Shown: positions 38,551-49,411 of the stretch, one piece after another
Position numbering within the stretch: the first letter of the stretch is position 1
Layout: each line of letters opens with the position of its first letter
Notes under the pieces: model-generated
Database searches by the model: none
Told to the model about the DNA's origin: nothing
What the model saw: the letters and a program-made list of their open reading frames with translations, nothing else
Virus record (IMG/VR): IMGVR_UViG_3300022539_000610
Span: 32,001-96,000 of that record
DNA: 64,000 nucleotides
Origin: a virus
Direction: 5' to 3' (one strand)
Position numbers and translations under genes: made by a program

Positions 38551-38739
38551 CTACACATGAGTAGGTGAAGGTGGGGTGCCTGCAGTGTCTGATAGAGCTT
38601 GCATTCCAGCATACACACCTTCAGCAATCGCATTAATAAAACACTGGAGTTGACTTTGTTCACTACCTAAATCTACATCACAATTAGCCTCCAACTGAGC
38701 AATAATAGCAGCTTCAATAGCTGCAGCACTTGTTGCCAT
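38551..38739 (-). CDS. small baseplate-region protein
   Basis: 62 aa, GGAGG RBS. Confidence 0.6.
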   Translation of the reverse strand: MATSAAAIEAAIIAQLEANCDVDLGSEQSQLQCFINAIAEGVYAGMQALSDTAGTPPSPTHV

Positions 38740-38757
38740 AATACAAACCTCCTCTCT

Positions 38758-39447
38758 TTAGAAACTTAAAGCATCAATAATCGCTTCCTTCACATCTAAG
38801 GCATCATTTACCTGATTCAACTGAGTTACTACAATAGGATCTCCATTCCAAACGCCAAATATAGCTGTGTCAAAAGTGTTATCTGATCTCAGGTTTAGTA
38901 AAGTACGAGCATCATCTCCACAATCGGTTACACCAACATGACCACAGATTGCAGTCAAACACTGATAAGTATAATCAAGCACATCCAAAGCCTCTCCCAG
39001 TCCTGAGCGTTGGATAAATCCATTGTACTCAGAAACATGTCCAGCAGCAATCCCAGCTAAAATGGAATTCAAAGCATCCCTTGAAACTGTCTTAAGTCCA
39101 GACTTTATTGACTTTAGAAGTTTACCAGTTAGGACAACAGGCAGTTCCGTTACACTTGTAAACTGAGCTATCCTATCCTGAACAGCTGGAGGGATTAGTG
39201 GACGAAAGCACTCTTGCTGCATTAAATACTTCAAATTATCAGGAAGGGTATCATCTATGCCAGTGTCCACAGCATTTAAAGCGTTAATGGCATTATCTAT
39301 TGCTGCCTGTGGCACTGCAATTACGGCAGCAATCCCCGCCTGTAGAGCTGCAAGTAAGCCAGTAAACCGAGTACGCATACCCACAACCTTATTGCAAAAA
39401 GAGTTGTGCCTTACAGTTAAATAATCACAGCCTTCGTTTAGATCCAT
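38758..39447 (-). CDS. hypothetical virion-region protein
   Basis: 229 aa ORF. Confidence 0.65.
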   Translation of the reverse strand: MDLNEGCDYLTVRHNSFCNKVVGMRTRFTGLLAALQAGIAAVIAVPQAAIDNAINALNAVDTGIDDTLPDNLKYLMQQECFRPLIPPAVQDRIAQFTSVTELPVVLTGKLLKSIKSGLKTVSRDALNSILAGIAAGHVSEYNGFIQRSGLGEALDVLDYTYQCLTAICGHVGVTDCGDDARTLLNLRSDNTFDTAIFGVWNGDPIVVTQLNQVNDALDVKEAIIDALSF

Positions 39448-39453
39448 CCTCTA

Positions 39454-40128
39454 TCACCCTTTACTGCATTCCACATCTGCGGAGGGATCACCATGAGGAC
39501 TTCCCGTGAAGTGACAAGCACTCAACGCAGTTATAACCCCCGCTAAAGTACCACTCCCTCCATCTAGTTTAATCTTGTTACCCGCTTCTATTGTAACTGA
39601 TCCTCCAACCATGATATTCCAATTATTGGCTATTTCTTTAGTTTCATCATTACTAACTTGTTCTTCTCGATTTTTTGTCTCAGAATCAATCTTGATATAG
39701 TCACCATTGACGTCAGTGAACTTAATATACTTTGCTCCATCTACATCAGAAAACTCTAACATATGTCCTTCCGGAGTTTTGATTACATAATTTAATGGTG
39801 GAGTCTTCTGTCCCTCTGTTGGCACTTCTCCTTCAAACCAATGCACCCCAGTCCAAAGGGGAAACCAAGGATGTCCTCTAAATAACTTTACCCTTACCTT
39901 TGCCCCAACTTTCGGAATCATAAAAATACCATAGCCACTACCTCCAAAAGGCATACTTGGATTAGCCCAAGGGAGCTTGTCTTTTGCAATACTCCCATAT
40001 AACTCTGGAATTAGAACCCTAAGTCTTCCTACTTTGTGAGGGTCTTCGTTGTCTTTAACTGTACCCACGTAGTCCTCACTAAACTTAGGTTTCAACAGTC
40101 CTTCTACTAATTCAAATACTTTAATCAT
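39454..40128 (-). CDS. central spike protein (gpV / gp5 OB fold)
   Basis: DP.KVGRLRV.IP, PKVGAKV, beta-helix repeats, CHFTGSPH tip. Confidence 0.9.
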   Translation of the reverse strand: MIKVFELVEGLLKPKFSEDYVGTVKDNEDPHKVGRLRVLIPELYGSIAKDKLPWANPSMPFGGSGYGIFMIPKVGAKVRVKLFRGHPWFPLWTGVHWFEGEVPTEGQKTPPLNYVIKTPEGHMLEFSDVDGAKYIKFTDVNGDYIKIDSETKNREEQVSNDETKEIANNWNIMVGGSVTIEAGNKIKLDGGSGTLAGVITALSACHFTGSPHGDPSADVECSKG

Positions 40129-40142
40129 AAAGCCACCAAACC

Positions 40143-40337
40143 CTAAAACTTCAATTTTCCTTTCCTTATCTCATCATATGCAATCTTTGATGCTTCTTCT
40201 TTTGAATAACCTGCCTTGACAAGCTCCTCCATTCTAGTCTGGTGTACCTTTAGTTTTCTTGTAGCAAGGTTATGTCGAGTTTTATAATCTTTACCGCCAC
40301 CCAAAGCGGCCTCTATTAGATATCTAGCTCTACTCAT
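40143..40337 (-). CDS. small protein with MSRA leader
   Basis: MSRARYLIE. Confidence 0.65.
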   Translation of the reverse strand: MSRARYLIEAALGGGKDYKTRHNLATRKLKVHQTRMEELVKAGYSKEEASKIAYDEIRKGKLKF

Positions 40338-41408
40338 TTAAACCTCCACCAAATTCTTAAAGACCGCGTTACTGACCAAATGTAGATGGGAGAGGAACAA
40401 ATCATGTTCAAAAGTATGAGCAACTCCAAATAAGTAATAATCACTAGAATACTCAGCTAACTCACCACTGGCAAAAGGAAGAGAGAACCTGGTGACTTGA
40501 CCAGGCATCAAACTTAAATCACCATCAACAATAGCCTCAGCATCCACAATGAATTTACTTCTTGCAAGCTCACTCCTAGTATGAGCTTCTACCATCCACT
40601 TTCTATCGTAAGGGAGTAGACTGATTCGTTCATAATCAGATGAGTACGAAAATTTACTTGTCGTGGAAGAGGTAACCTCCTCCATTGTATCTGAATAAGA
40701 GATAAGTCCCTTAGCTACATGATCGTAGCCATAGCCCTTGTGGGATGCCCCTTCTAGGAAATCAACAATACTTCCCTGGTTTCTAATGGTAAACCTTTTA
40801 ACAGAAGTAATAGCATTTGGAGCAACTATGTATTCACGTTGTGGGTTGCCTACAAGAAGTGGAGGTTTAAACAAAACAGTCCCAGCATCAATCGTGAAAA
40901 AGAAAGGAACTTCACCCCCTGTACCTACAGCAATCGGCTGCAAATAGTTTACTATGAATTGAAGATCCGTCAGATTTGGTTGGACATACTCCGCTGTGCC
41001 TTTAGTCCCAGTTATATCAGACTCAAGCCCGGCGCCATCTGCAACTTGAGACACTACTGAGCTAATAACTCCACTCGAATGACACTTAGCCCTTGGTGAG
41101 GCGGTTAGAAGGGTAAAACCTGGCTCCACACCTACTAATTTCACAGATATATCATTAAAAGATACTCTATTTCTGGATGCTAATACCTTCATCTCATACA
41201 AATCAGAATTATCAACATCATGACCATATCGAATCTTAAACTTACTATAATTCATCTTCTCAAAAAGAATTTCTTGATCAGTATGTTCCAATATTACAAC
41301 GCAATAAGAAGTGCAAAGGCGAAACCCTCTTACATGAATAAGTTGCTTGAGTCCAGTTTCAAACCCAATTATGTCATCACCGACTTCAATAAAAGCCTGG
41401 ACTCCCAT
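40338..41408 (-). CDS. baseplate hub (gp27-like)
   Basis: QPNLTDLQF, GD..L.PG, YSSDYY...H; upstream of spike. Confidence 0.75.
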   Translation of the reverse strand: MGVQAFIEVGDDIIGFETGLKQLIHVRGFRLCTSYCVVILEHTDQEILFEKMNYSKFKIRYGHDVDNSDLYEMKVLASRNRVSFNDISVKLVGVEPGFTLLTASPRAKCHSSGVISSVVSQVADGAGLESDITGTKGTAEYVQPNLTDLQFIVNYLQPIAVGTGGEVPFFFTIDAGTVLFKPPLLVGNPQREYIVAPNAITSVKRFTIRNQGSIVDFLEGASHKGYGYDHVAKGLISYSDTMEEVTSSTTSKFSYSSDYERISLLPYDRKWMVEAHTRSELARSKFIVDAEAIVDGDLSLMPGQVTRFSLPFASGELAEYSSDYYLFGVAHTFEHDLFLSHLHLVSNAVFKNLVEV

Positions 41409-41750
41409 TTACTGCAACCACTTTGTGAAAATTATCGAGGGACTTGGAATTCTTAAAACATCCCCTGTTTTGATATTAAATGGATTGTAAATACTGTTTG
41501 CTAACAGAATAATCCACCAATAACTAACCGTCCTATAGTACTTGTAGCTAATCAAATCAAGTCGGTTCTCATCCTGCCGCTCTACAGTATGATAGATGTC
41601 TTCTTCCGACAAAAACTCCTCTTTGCTTTCCAAGAACATTGGTATAATTGCCGTTTCATCTGTTTTGTATAACGACATAGCCGTAGCCATAGAGTAATTC
41701 GGAATTTCCATGGTCGGCTTCGTTATTTTAACAAACTCACCCATCACCAT
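41409..41750 (-). CDS. gp53-like LysM baseplate protein
   Basis: RLDLISYKYY..WWIILLAN..GDVLRIP. Confidence 0.88.
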   Translation of the reverse strand: MVMGEFVKITKPTMEIPNYSMATAMSLYKTDETAIIPMFLESKEEFLSEEDIYHTVERQDENRLDLISYKYYRTVSYWWIILLANSIYNPFNIKTGDVLRIPSPSIIFTKWLQ

Positions 41751-42400
41751 GCCCCGCTGAGAGATTTATCTTCAACACGCTTAGGCCAACCACTTGTATA
41801 AAATGCCTGCCCATCTCGAACCGAACCATGAGTATAATAATCAAAAATTTCAACTCCTAAATTAATATCAGCCCCCATTGGTTTCCCTTCAGACATACTC
41901 CAGAGGTTAGACCAGGTAGTAGAAACTTGTGTTACCAAAACCCTCAAATCATATAGTTGAGCAATAACAAGACGACACAATGGAAAACTTCTTCCAGCAG
42001 CAGTTAGAGCAATGCCAATAAAAGCTTCTCCCACACTATTCGACCCAATAATAGGACAACACAATGACTGTAATTGTGCTATGTTTCTTTGAATATCTTC
42101 AATTATCAACCCAGTTGAATATTTTCCAGTTCTGGTTTTACTAGCACGCCATTCAATGTTGAAAGATAAAGTTTTAGGTTGTACTCCTTCGTTCTTTCTT
42201 GCTAAACCAGCTATTTTTGTAGCCCCAGCAAGTTTTTGAAACGCAAGCTTCACAATAGGATTACCACCAGGTAAAGAGTAAGAAGTGGCAATCGAATCAC
42301 TTATCCCTTCTCCTTTAACTACGAACTCAATTTTAACAGGGGGGTCGATACCGATTGTCTCGATTTTTCCATTAGGTGCTGGTGAAGTTCTCGCAGGCAT
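41744..42400 (-). CDS. putative tube initiator / baseplate protein
   Basis: position between tape measure and LysM gene. Confidence 0.55.
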   Translation of the reverse strand: MPARTSPAPNGKIETIGIDPPVKIEFVVKGEGISDSIATSYSLPGGNPIVKLAFQKLAGATKIAGLARKNEGVQPKTLSFNIEWRASKTRTGKYSTGLIIEDIQRNIAQLQSLCCPIIGSNSVGEAFIGIALTAAGRSFPLCRLVIAQLYDLRVLVTQVSTTWSNLWSMSEGKPMGADINLGVEIFDYYTHGSVRDGQAFYTSGWPKRVEDKSLSGAW

Positions 42401-42401
42401 A

Positions 42402-44439
42402 TTACAGACTCCCTGAACCTAGAAAGGCTACTAAAGGATCGTCACGAAAATCTCGCATAGTCTCTGGCTCCCTTGTTCCCACTACTCTAGTTAACAAGTC
42501 TTTGATAGAACCCAATAGTCCCACTGTCTCTTTGTTATCTGTAGTGACATTCACTTTCGTATCTATACTTTTATCTTTCATAGATCGGGCAGGCTGGGTT
42601 AGTTTAGTAGCTTCAGCCCTAACAAGGATAGGTTTAGCCACTACTGACGCAGCCTGTGTTATCCCAACTTCTTCCCTTTTCTTTTGTTTCACCAATACAT
42701 CTGCCTGTCTTTGAATAATAGGTTTACGAGTCTCTTGCTCCTTCGCCAGCTTTTCAACTTGTACTTCTCCCTTCTTAGCTCTTCCTAACCCAAAAAGTCC
42801 ACCAAGCCAGCCACCCACCTTACCAGCAGATTTCTTTATTGCATCTATAATACTACCAAGACTAAATGTCTCACCCAACCACTTTATAAAGTCAGAAAAC
42901 CCTTTGACTATATTCCCCCAACTTATTGCTTCTTTAATCTTAGCTAAACCTTCATTAATCCAGCCCCATACAGCACTACCAATATTGACAACACCCTCCC
43001 AACTCAATGCGTCACCTATCACTTTCAAACCACTAGTTATCCATTCACCAACTTTAGTTGAGACGTTGACTATATTTTCCCAGCTTATCTTCTCTTTGAT
43101 CTTAGCTACTCCTTCATTAATCCAATCATTAATTTTACTACTCACGTTAACTATGTTTTCCCAACTAAGCTTTTCCTTAATCTTAGTTAACCCTTCACTG
43201 ATCCACTCTCCAATCTTAGTTGAAACATTAATTACATTTTCCCAACTAATCTTCTCTTTAATTTTACTTACACCTTCATTTATCCAGTCATTAATCTTGG
43301 CAGAAATGTTGACTATGTTTTCCCAACTAAGCTTTTCCTTAATCTTAGTTAACCCTTCACTGATCCACTCTCCAATCCTGCCACTTACATTCACTATGTT
43401 TTCCCAGCTTAAAGTATCACTTATCACTTTCAAACCACTTGTTATCCAACCCCCCACAGTCTTAGCAACATTTACTATCTCTCCCCAATCCTTACTAATC
43501 TTCTCTCCTATTATTTTCAAACCCCCAGTTATCCAACCCCCCACAGTTCCAGCAACATACTAACGACTTTACTCCTGCCCATGCATCCCCAAATAACTTT
43601 CCAACTCTGGGAAAAATACCAGTCTCCGGATCATGTAAGAAGTCATATACCCACTTACCTAACCCACCTGTCTCTCCAAAAGCTTTGTCAATCAATTTAT
43701 TCAAAAAAGTTCCTATTGCAAAACCAATAGCACCAGCTGCAGCTAAAGCTATCGCAGGAGCAGCAACAGCCAAAGCAGATCCCAACATAGGAACAATACT
43801 CATAACCATTGATCCAATTGCCTTTGCACCTATCCCAATGCCCTTACCAGCAACCCCCAAAAGTGGGGCCAATCCTTTTCCTGCTACCTTTGCTACAGTA
43901 CCAAAACCCTTGGCGGCACCACTTATTATAGTACCAAAACCTCTTGCAGCTGTTCCTAACACCTTGCCCATTCCACTAAAAAATTTTCCAATCCTACTTT
44001 GCTTACCAAAAATCCGACCAAAGAATCCTTCTCCTCCATCCATGTCACCACGGAGCTTCTTAAGTTGAAACTCAGATTGTTCACCTGATACCATTACTAC
44101 TTCTCTGAGGTCATCTATGGATTCCTTCACTTCTCCAATTGATTGAACCATTCGGTAAGTCGATTCATCTTGAGACTTCTCGATTTGTCCACCTAAACTC
44201 GAAGCTGATTTAGCCTGAGCTTCACCTATCTGTCCACCAATAGCAGACATAGATGCGCTCTGAGACCTCTCCATCTGCTTGCCTATTCCAGAGCTAACTT
44301 TGGAAAAAACATCTCCCATTGTTCTAACAACCCCTGGACCTAAGAACTCCTGAGCAGTCCCAATAGCAGCACCCTTAGCAGCTGAAACCCCAGCACTCAC
44401 TTGAGCCTTAATTGTTTTGCCAACAAATTCAAATGCCAC
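42402..44439 (-). CDS. tape measure protein, split by a frameshift near 43560-43566
   Basis: Gly/Ala-rich hydrophobic N-half (43495..44439) and Trp-periodic C-half (42402..43559). Confidence 0.75.
42900..43555 (-). repeat. 81-bp (27 aa) tandem repeats in tape measure, about 8 units
   Basis: SWENIVNVSxxIxxWIxEGxxKIKEKx. Confidence 0.9.
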
Positions 44440-44463
44440 TTATTTCTCCTAAATTACCCAATA

Positions 44464-45399
44464 TCAAGTATCGGTGTCTCCTTCGAGTCTATCTTCTTTT
44501 TTACCATCTGTACTAACACTCTCCGATCCCTCGGACTCAGTGTCTTCAAGTACAGACTGTCCAACCTGCCGCGTATCGATAAGTCCAAAATCTCCTGAAG
44601 CATTGCTATCTTTAGATCCCTGGACGTATCGACTGGGACGAAAAAATTCTATAGATGGTGGGAGAACAGTTGAAAACTTCTTACTGCACATCTTACATAC
44701 AATCTCAACATTAGGGTCAATGCCATGAGCAAACTGTTTCAACTGCTCATCAATGAACAAAGAGTCTTTACTTGGTAGATAAGAAAGACACAAATTCTCA
44801 ATAGACAATCGGTCAGTAATCTCAGTGCCATCAGGGTGTTCTATTCTGGCAATAGAATACGATCTCCTCAACAAACCAGAAGGGTCTCCCTTAACACCTT
44901 TATACTTTCGCACTTCCCCAACACGCTCCTGAGCCTTAACTTCATCACTCCGTCTTACAGCTTTCAAACTAACTTTCAACTTCGTCTTAGGTAAAGTGAC
45001 AGCAAATGGTTCTGTAACATCAGCTTCTAAATACTTCACTTCAAGACTAGCAAGATTAATAACATAAGGGACAGTGGATTCAGGGCTACAGTTAGGGCAA
45101 GCAATCTCTATATCATAATCAGGTGAGTAGCTATTGGCCCTAAGCCATACTAAAAGATAATAGGAATCCTCAGCAGTGAGGACTCCTATGTCCCAATCTC
45201 CCTTAATGCAACTATCAAGAACAGAGCTGATTACCCTTTGCATGTTATCCCTGTTAGCACTAGCAAGTAAGCTCTCCTCTGGTGCTGCATATTCACGGAT
45301 ATCAACAAATCCTGCCTTCAACTCCTCTTGAGTGTAAAGTTTGCCCTGCGAGGGTAGCCTAACAGGGACATACGGTGGTAAAAGTGTTGTCCAGTCCAT
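44464..45399 (-). CDS. tail/baseplate hub assembly chaperone (gp26-like)
   Basis: VRLPSQGKLY, CPNC, CKMC..FF; just upstream of tape measure. Confidence 0.75.
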   Translation of the reverse strand: MDWTTLLPPYVPVRLPSQGKLYTQEELKAGFVDIREYAAPEESLLASANRDNMQRVISSVLDSCIKGDWDIGVLTAEDSYYLLVWLRANSYSPDYDIEIACPNCSPESTVPYVINLASLEVKYLEADVTEPFAVTLPKTKLKVSLKAVRRSDEVKAQERVGEVRKYKGVKGDPSGLLRRSYSIARIEHPDGTEITDRLSIENLCLSYLPSKDSLFIDEQLKQFAHGIDPNVEIVCKMCSKKFSTVLPPSIEFFRPSRYVQGSKDSNASGDFGLIDTRQVGQSVLEDTESEGSESVSTDGKKEDRLEGDTDT

Positions 45400-45439
45400 C
45401 GTTTAGTACCTCCTTTAGTTTTAGATTTTCAACTAATAC

Positions 45440-45946
45440 TTAGATATTCTGTGGAATTATCTTATCCACTGAAAACGTTACCGACCTCGTTTCATTTGCT
45501 GTATTGGCCCAGGCCCATGCTCCGTCACCAGGATTCTCAGGATAACACCCCTTAATCAGATATGACCTATGAACAGAGAGATCAGGCTTAAGAACAATCA
45601 AAACACTATCTGCTTTGTAGTCCTCCGCGAAACCTATCTCTTCTGTCTCAGGGTTGTAGATCCTGTTCATCCACTTTTCTATCTCTGTAATCGCATCTTT
45701 GTTATACGCAGAGAGAAAAGTAACTGTCATAGGGCCAAGAATAGGCCTCCCCGCAAACTTCACATCTTGATTCAAATGACTTATAATCACAGAGGTGAAG
45801 TTAAATGTAGGATGGGTAACGTCAGAAGCATTCACGTTGAGAATTTCATCAGTCAGAAATGTAGTTGCAAACTCCAACCGATACAACCAGTTTCTAATTG
45901 GGTCCATCTGACTAGTGTTCCCAAAGTATGGATTCAAATAAGGCAT
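45440..45946 (-). CDS. tail tube protein (gp19-like)
   Basis: KFAGR, W...I, GCYP. Confidence 0.85.
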   Translation of the reverse strand: MPYLNPYFGNTSQMDPIRNWLYRLEFATTFLTDEILNVNASDVTHPTFNFTSVIISHLNQDVKFAGRPILGPMTVTFLSAYNKDAITEIEKWMNRIYNPETEEIGFAEDYKADSVLIVLKPDLSVHRSYLIKGCYPENPGDGAWAWANTANETRSVTFSVDKIIPQNI

Positions 45947-45986
45947 AATATATTTCCTCCTATTATTATTTTAATGCGTGCCAAAA

Positions 45987-46964
45987 TTAACTTATTTTTT
46001 CTTCAATATCTTTAAACATAATCAACATCTCATCCCAATTTTGTTCAGTCATTATAAAAAGCGATTCATCATACTTATCAAGAAGATAATTTTTATTGTG
46101 CCTTATATGATCATCAACAAAACATGAGGGTTTTATCTCTACATAGATTCCATTAAGAATGAATAAATAAAAATCAGGAGTGTACCTCCATGATGAACCA
46201 TTTTGACTAATCAGAAATGTTTTAGGTTCATACTGCCAATTGATCTTTAGATGATCAAGAGATTTAGCAAAAGCAACTTCCCAAGATGAACGCATCCTGA
46301 TATTATTATAGAATGCTTCCTTGGCTTTAGTGTAGCCAAATTCATTATTTGGGTCCCTAAGCCTTCTAACTGCAGATTCAGAAACAGCTTCTTTCACTTT
46401 ATTAGAAAACTCAAGATTTTGCCAATGCCTAGTCATATTTGCCGATTGCACTATCTTCATCATTGATCTAAAATCTGAATCTTGCCATCTAGCTACCATC
46501 ATCTTAGAAACTGCAAGTCCCTGTTTTTCAATAAATGTAGGATCTTGCCATTGCTTCTTATTTAACTGCTTCATTCTATCAGATGACTCTTTATCCAATT
46601 TCTTACGAAACTCAGGATCTTTATTCAATTGGATCATTGTATTAGATGATCTCTTAACATGCCTTTTCCTGAATTCAGGATCTTGCCACTGTTTCTCATG
46701 TAACTTAGCCATGCTTTTAGATGCTGCTTTATCCCTCTTTATGCAAAAATCAGGGTCTTGATTAAGTTTAGTTGTGTTAGCAGAATACAAGCTTCTTAAC
46801 TGATCACAGACAAGTTTAGATCCAGGATATTTACATAGAAAATCCTCATAAGTCAATTCATGAAAACACTTAACATGCTTATGAAGCAGCTTCATCTTAC
46901 GTTCACAAATTGGGCAAACTACATAAGAAGTAGGGTCATTCATATTAATCAATACTTTGAGCAT
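45987..46964 (-). CDS. free-standing putative homing endonuclease
   Basis: CPIC..H finger, WQDPEFR repeats, RSSWE..YEP..YTPDF..VEIK PD-(D/E)xK domain. Confidence 0.8.
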   Translation of the reverse strand: MLKVLINMNDPTSYVVCPICERKMKLLHKHVKCFHELTYEDFLCKYPGSKLVCDQLRSLYSANTTKLNQDPDFCIKRDKAASKSMAKLHEKQWQDPEFRKRHVKRSSNTMIQLNKDPEFRKKLDKESSDRMKQLNKKQWQDPTFIEKQGLAVSKMMVARWQDSDFRSMMKIVQSANMTRHWQNLEFSNKVKEAVSESAVRRLRDPNNEFGYTKAKEAFYNNIRMRSSWEVAFAKSLDHLKINWQYEPKTFLISQNGSSWRYTPDFYLFILNGIYVEIKPSCFVDDHIRHNKNYLLDKYDESLFIMTEQNWDEMLIMFKDIEEKIS

Positions 46965-46978
46965 TAATATTCCTCTAC

Positions 46979-48499
46979 CTATTCAAGAGAAGCACCATGA
47001 GGATGTATAATGTACTTATTGATAATCTTCTCAGCCACAGTTGTCGGAATCATGTGAAGCTCCGCAACCATCTCATTGTTATTAATACGATATGGAGTGT
47101 TGGTATCACTATCACACTTCACCTTAAAAGTAGTGATCCCTCGATTAGACGCAATCCACTCCAAAAATGGATTAACCAAATTCTCATACTGCCTCCAGGT
47201 GATCTCATCATGAGGCTCCCACTGCAAGTATCGAACTGCAGTAGCGATTGCTTTTTCAGCATACATCAACATCCTAATGATATTCACATTCTGGAGCAGG
47301 GAGGGCTTCCTCTGAAGATTTTTGTTTCCATCCACCAGAATTCCATCAACCGTCGAACGGATGGGATTAATGTTATTCATACTACCATAGGTAACCTCAA
47401 TGTCCCCAACAGTCATATCGAATCTGACATCAAGTGTATCGTAGAGGATACCACGGTTAGGTCCCGCCGCTGCATACCATGGAAAGGCCACGCTATCAGA
47501 GAAAGCAAATATTCCTAACACTCTCACTGAGGGTGGCACCCAGATCTTTTCCTCATTGTAGGGATCATTAATCTGAATCCAAGGCCCATATATGGCAGCA
47601 CGATTAGCCGAGGCCACAGGTGTAGTATATGCCCCAGTGCCCCTAACATAATTAACCATAGTGGCAGCTGTAGTAAGATCTGGGGTATCAAGAACAGCAA
47701 GACAATCTGCCCTTGCAACAGCAGTGACAATCAAGTAAGCTGCAACAACATCATCATGGTTAAACCCTGGTGCCGATAACAGATTAACATCAACTGTGGT
47801 GGCATCAGCAAACAAATCAATACCTCCCGTTATGTCAGAGGTACCGAGGGTGTCTGTTCCATCATCTCCCCCAGCCAAAAGCCAAGTAGTGGAAGCATCA
47901 GGCACAGCCTCTCCTGTCATTGCAAACTCAATATACAGGGAGTTTTCATTGATAATCTTCTCTACATAACGACTGTCTGAGCTTTCATCAAAAACTATGT
48001 CTTCCCAGATCTCAAGTGGATCATCTTCATCTACGTCAGCCCCCAAAGCAAACACCTTTATATTATATACAGTCTCAGTGACTGCTGGGTCGGCTGTAGG
48101 CACAGTGTCTGTCTCCATAGTCACCTGAACACCGTCTGCCCAGGTCCCTTCTGAAATTGCCCTAACCACCCCTATCTTCTGTGTTACAGAGTCTGCTGAG
48201 TAAATATCATCTTCAGCTTTATCTGCATTACTGTCTCCAACTCTAACTATCTTTAGTTGGTTACCAAACCTCAAGAAATATAAAGCTGCATGAGCAGCTA
48301 CCCCGTCATCTCCACTCAAAGGTTCTCCGAAGTCCTCAAGAAACTGAGGTCGACTAGTTACAAGCGTCACCTCATCCATTGGGCCTTTCGCAAAAGGACC
48401 AGTAATACCGCAGATTGAGGTTGAAATCATTGGTATATACAGACTTCGGTCTATCTCTTCTGAATACACACCAGGTGCAATGTATACAGCCATAATCAC
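46979..48499 (-). CDS. tail sheath protein (gp18-like)
   Basis: APGVYSEEID, FAKGP, PWYAAAG..RG, EPHD..TW. Confidence 0.95.
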   Translation of the reverse strand: MIMAVYIAPGVYSEEIDRSLYIPMISTSICGITGPFAKGPMDEVTLVTSRPQFLEDFGEPLSGDDGVAAHAALYFLRFGNQLKIVRVGDSNADKAEDDIYSADSVTQKIGVVRAISEGTWADGVQVTMETDTVPTADPAVTETVYNIKVFALGADVDEDDPLEIWEDIVFDESSDSRYVEKIINENSLYIEFAMTGEAVPDASTTWLLAGGDDGTDTLGTSDITGGIDLFADATTVDVNLLSAPGFNHDDVVAAYLIVTAVARADCLAVLDTPDLTTAATMVNYVRGTGAYTTPVASANRAAIYGPWIQINDPYNEEKIWVPPSVRVLGIFAFSDSVAFPWYAAAGPNRGILYDTLDVRFDMTVGDIEVTYGSMNNINPIRSTVDGILVDGNKNLQRKPSLLQNVNIIRMLMYAEKAIATAVRYLQWEPHDEITWRQYENLVNPFLEWIASNRGITTFKVKCDSDTNTPYRINNNEMVAELHMIPTTVAEKIINKYIIHPHGASLE

Positions 48500-48639
48500 T
48501 ATCCTCCATTAAGCAACGTTCTCTCCGTCCAAAATTCAAACGTATACCTAATCCTTCACAGGTAGTGCTGTGGCAGTGATATACTTAAGATCATCCGGCT
48601 CAACAAACGTCTCAGGTTAAACTATTATCAAATCTCCTT

Positions 48640-48840
48640 TCACAAACTAAAAAGTTCAATGTTTGAACTGCTAATAACGTTTCTATCGTAGACCTTCCTT
48701 GTCATCGGTAAAGGTCCTATCTCCCCTTTACCAGTAATCCTTTTGTAAACACCTTTGCCTTCCTGATCTATAGCGACAAGGACTCGTACTGGGTACATCA
48801 TTTTGTTTCTCACAAAAACTCGATTTAAGTTTATTTTCAT
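48640..48840 (-). CDS. hypothetical protein
   Basis: 66 aa, AAGGAGG RBS. Confidence 0.6.
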   Translation of the reverse strand: MKINLNRVFVRNKMMYPVRVLVAIDQEGKGVYKRITGKGEIGPLPMTRKVYDRNVISSSNIELFSL

Positions 48841-48875
48841 TTCCCCCTCCTTCTTCTCTTATAGACTAAGTTATA

Positions 48876-49166
48876 CTACTCTTCCTCCACCCAGATATAA
48901 TGAGCTCCGGCCACCCCTTTTGTGACATTAAAACCTTCATCTTCTAAAGTACGAGATATTATTCCAATATCAGTTCTAGTTAATACTGCCTCAAATGTAA
49001 TCTCGTACCTCTTCTTCTTCTTATCATAGTCGATATCATCATAGAGTGCTTTCGCTTTCCTCAACGCATTCTGAATATCCTTAACCCGATCCTGCCCACC
49101 AGTTTTCCGAAGATGGGCAACTTCGTCACCAGTAAGTTTCTCTAGTAAGTTACTTGCTCTACTCAT
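48876..49166 (-). CDS. small protein with MSRA leader
   Basis: MSRASNLLE. Confidence 0.7.
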   Translation of the reverse strand: MSRASNLLEKLTGDEVAHLRKTGGQDRVKDIQNALRKAKALYDDIDYDKKKKRYEITFEAVLTRTDIGIISRTLEDEGFNVTKGVAGAHYIWVEEE

Positions 49167-49198
49167 CTCTTAATCCTCCTCTGGAAAATCAATCTCTT

Positions 49199-49387
49199 TT
49201 ATTTACGATTCATCTCCTTGGCCTTCTTCTCAGCTTCTTTCTTATCAGTAAAAGATGCAAAGGCCTTACCTTCACCTTTATCAGTATGAAATACACACCA
49301 GGTATCAGTTTTCTTATCATGGTCAACATAATACTCACCAACTTCTTTTTTCTCAATTAAATTCAGTAATTCTTTTGCTCTACTCAT
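49199..49387 (-). CDS. small protein with MSRA leader
   Basis: MSRAKELLNLIE. Confidence 0.7.
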   Translation of the reverse strand: MSRAKELLNLIEKKEVGEYYVDHDKKTDTWCVFHTDKGEGKAFASFTDKKEAEKKAKEMNRK

Positions 49388-49411
49388 TTTTCATTCTCCT
49401 TAATTGAATGG

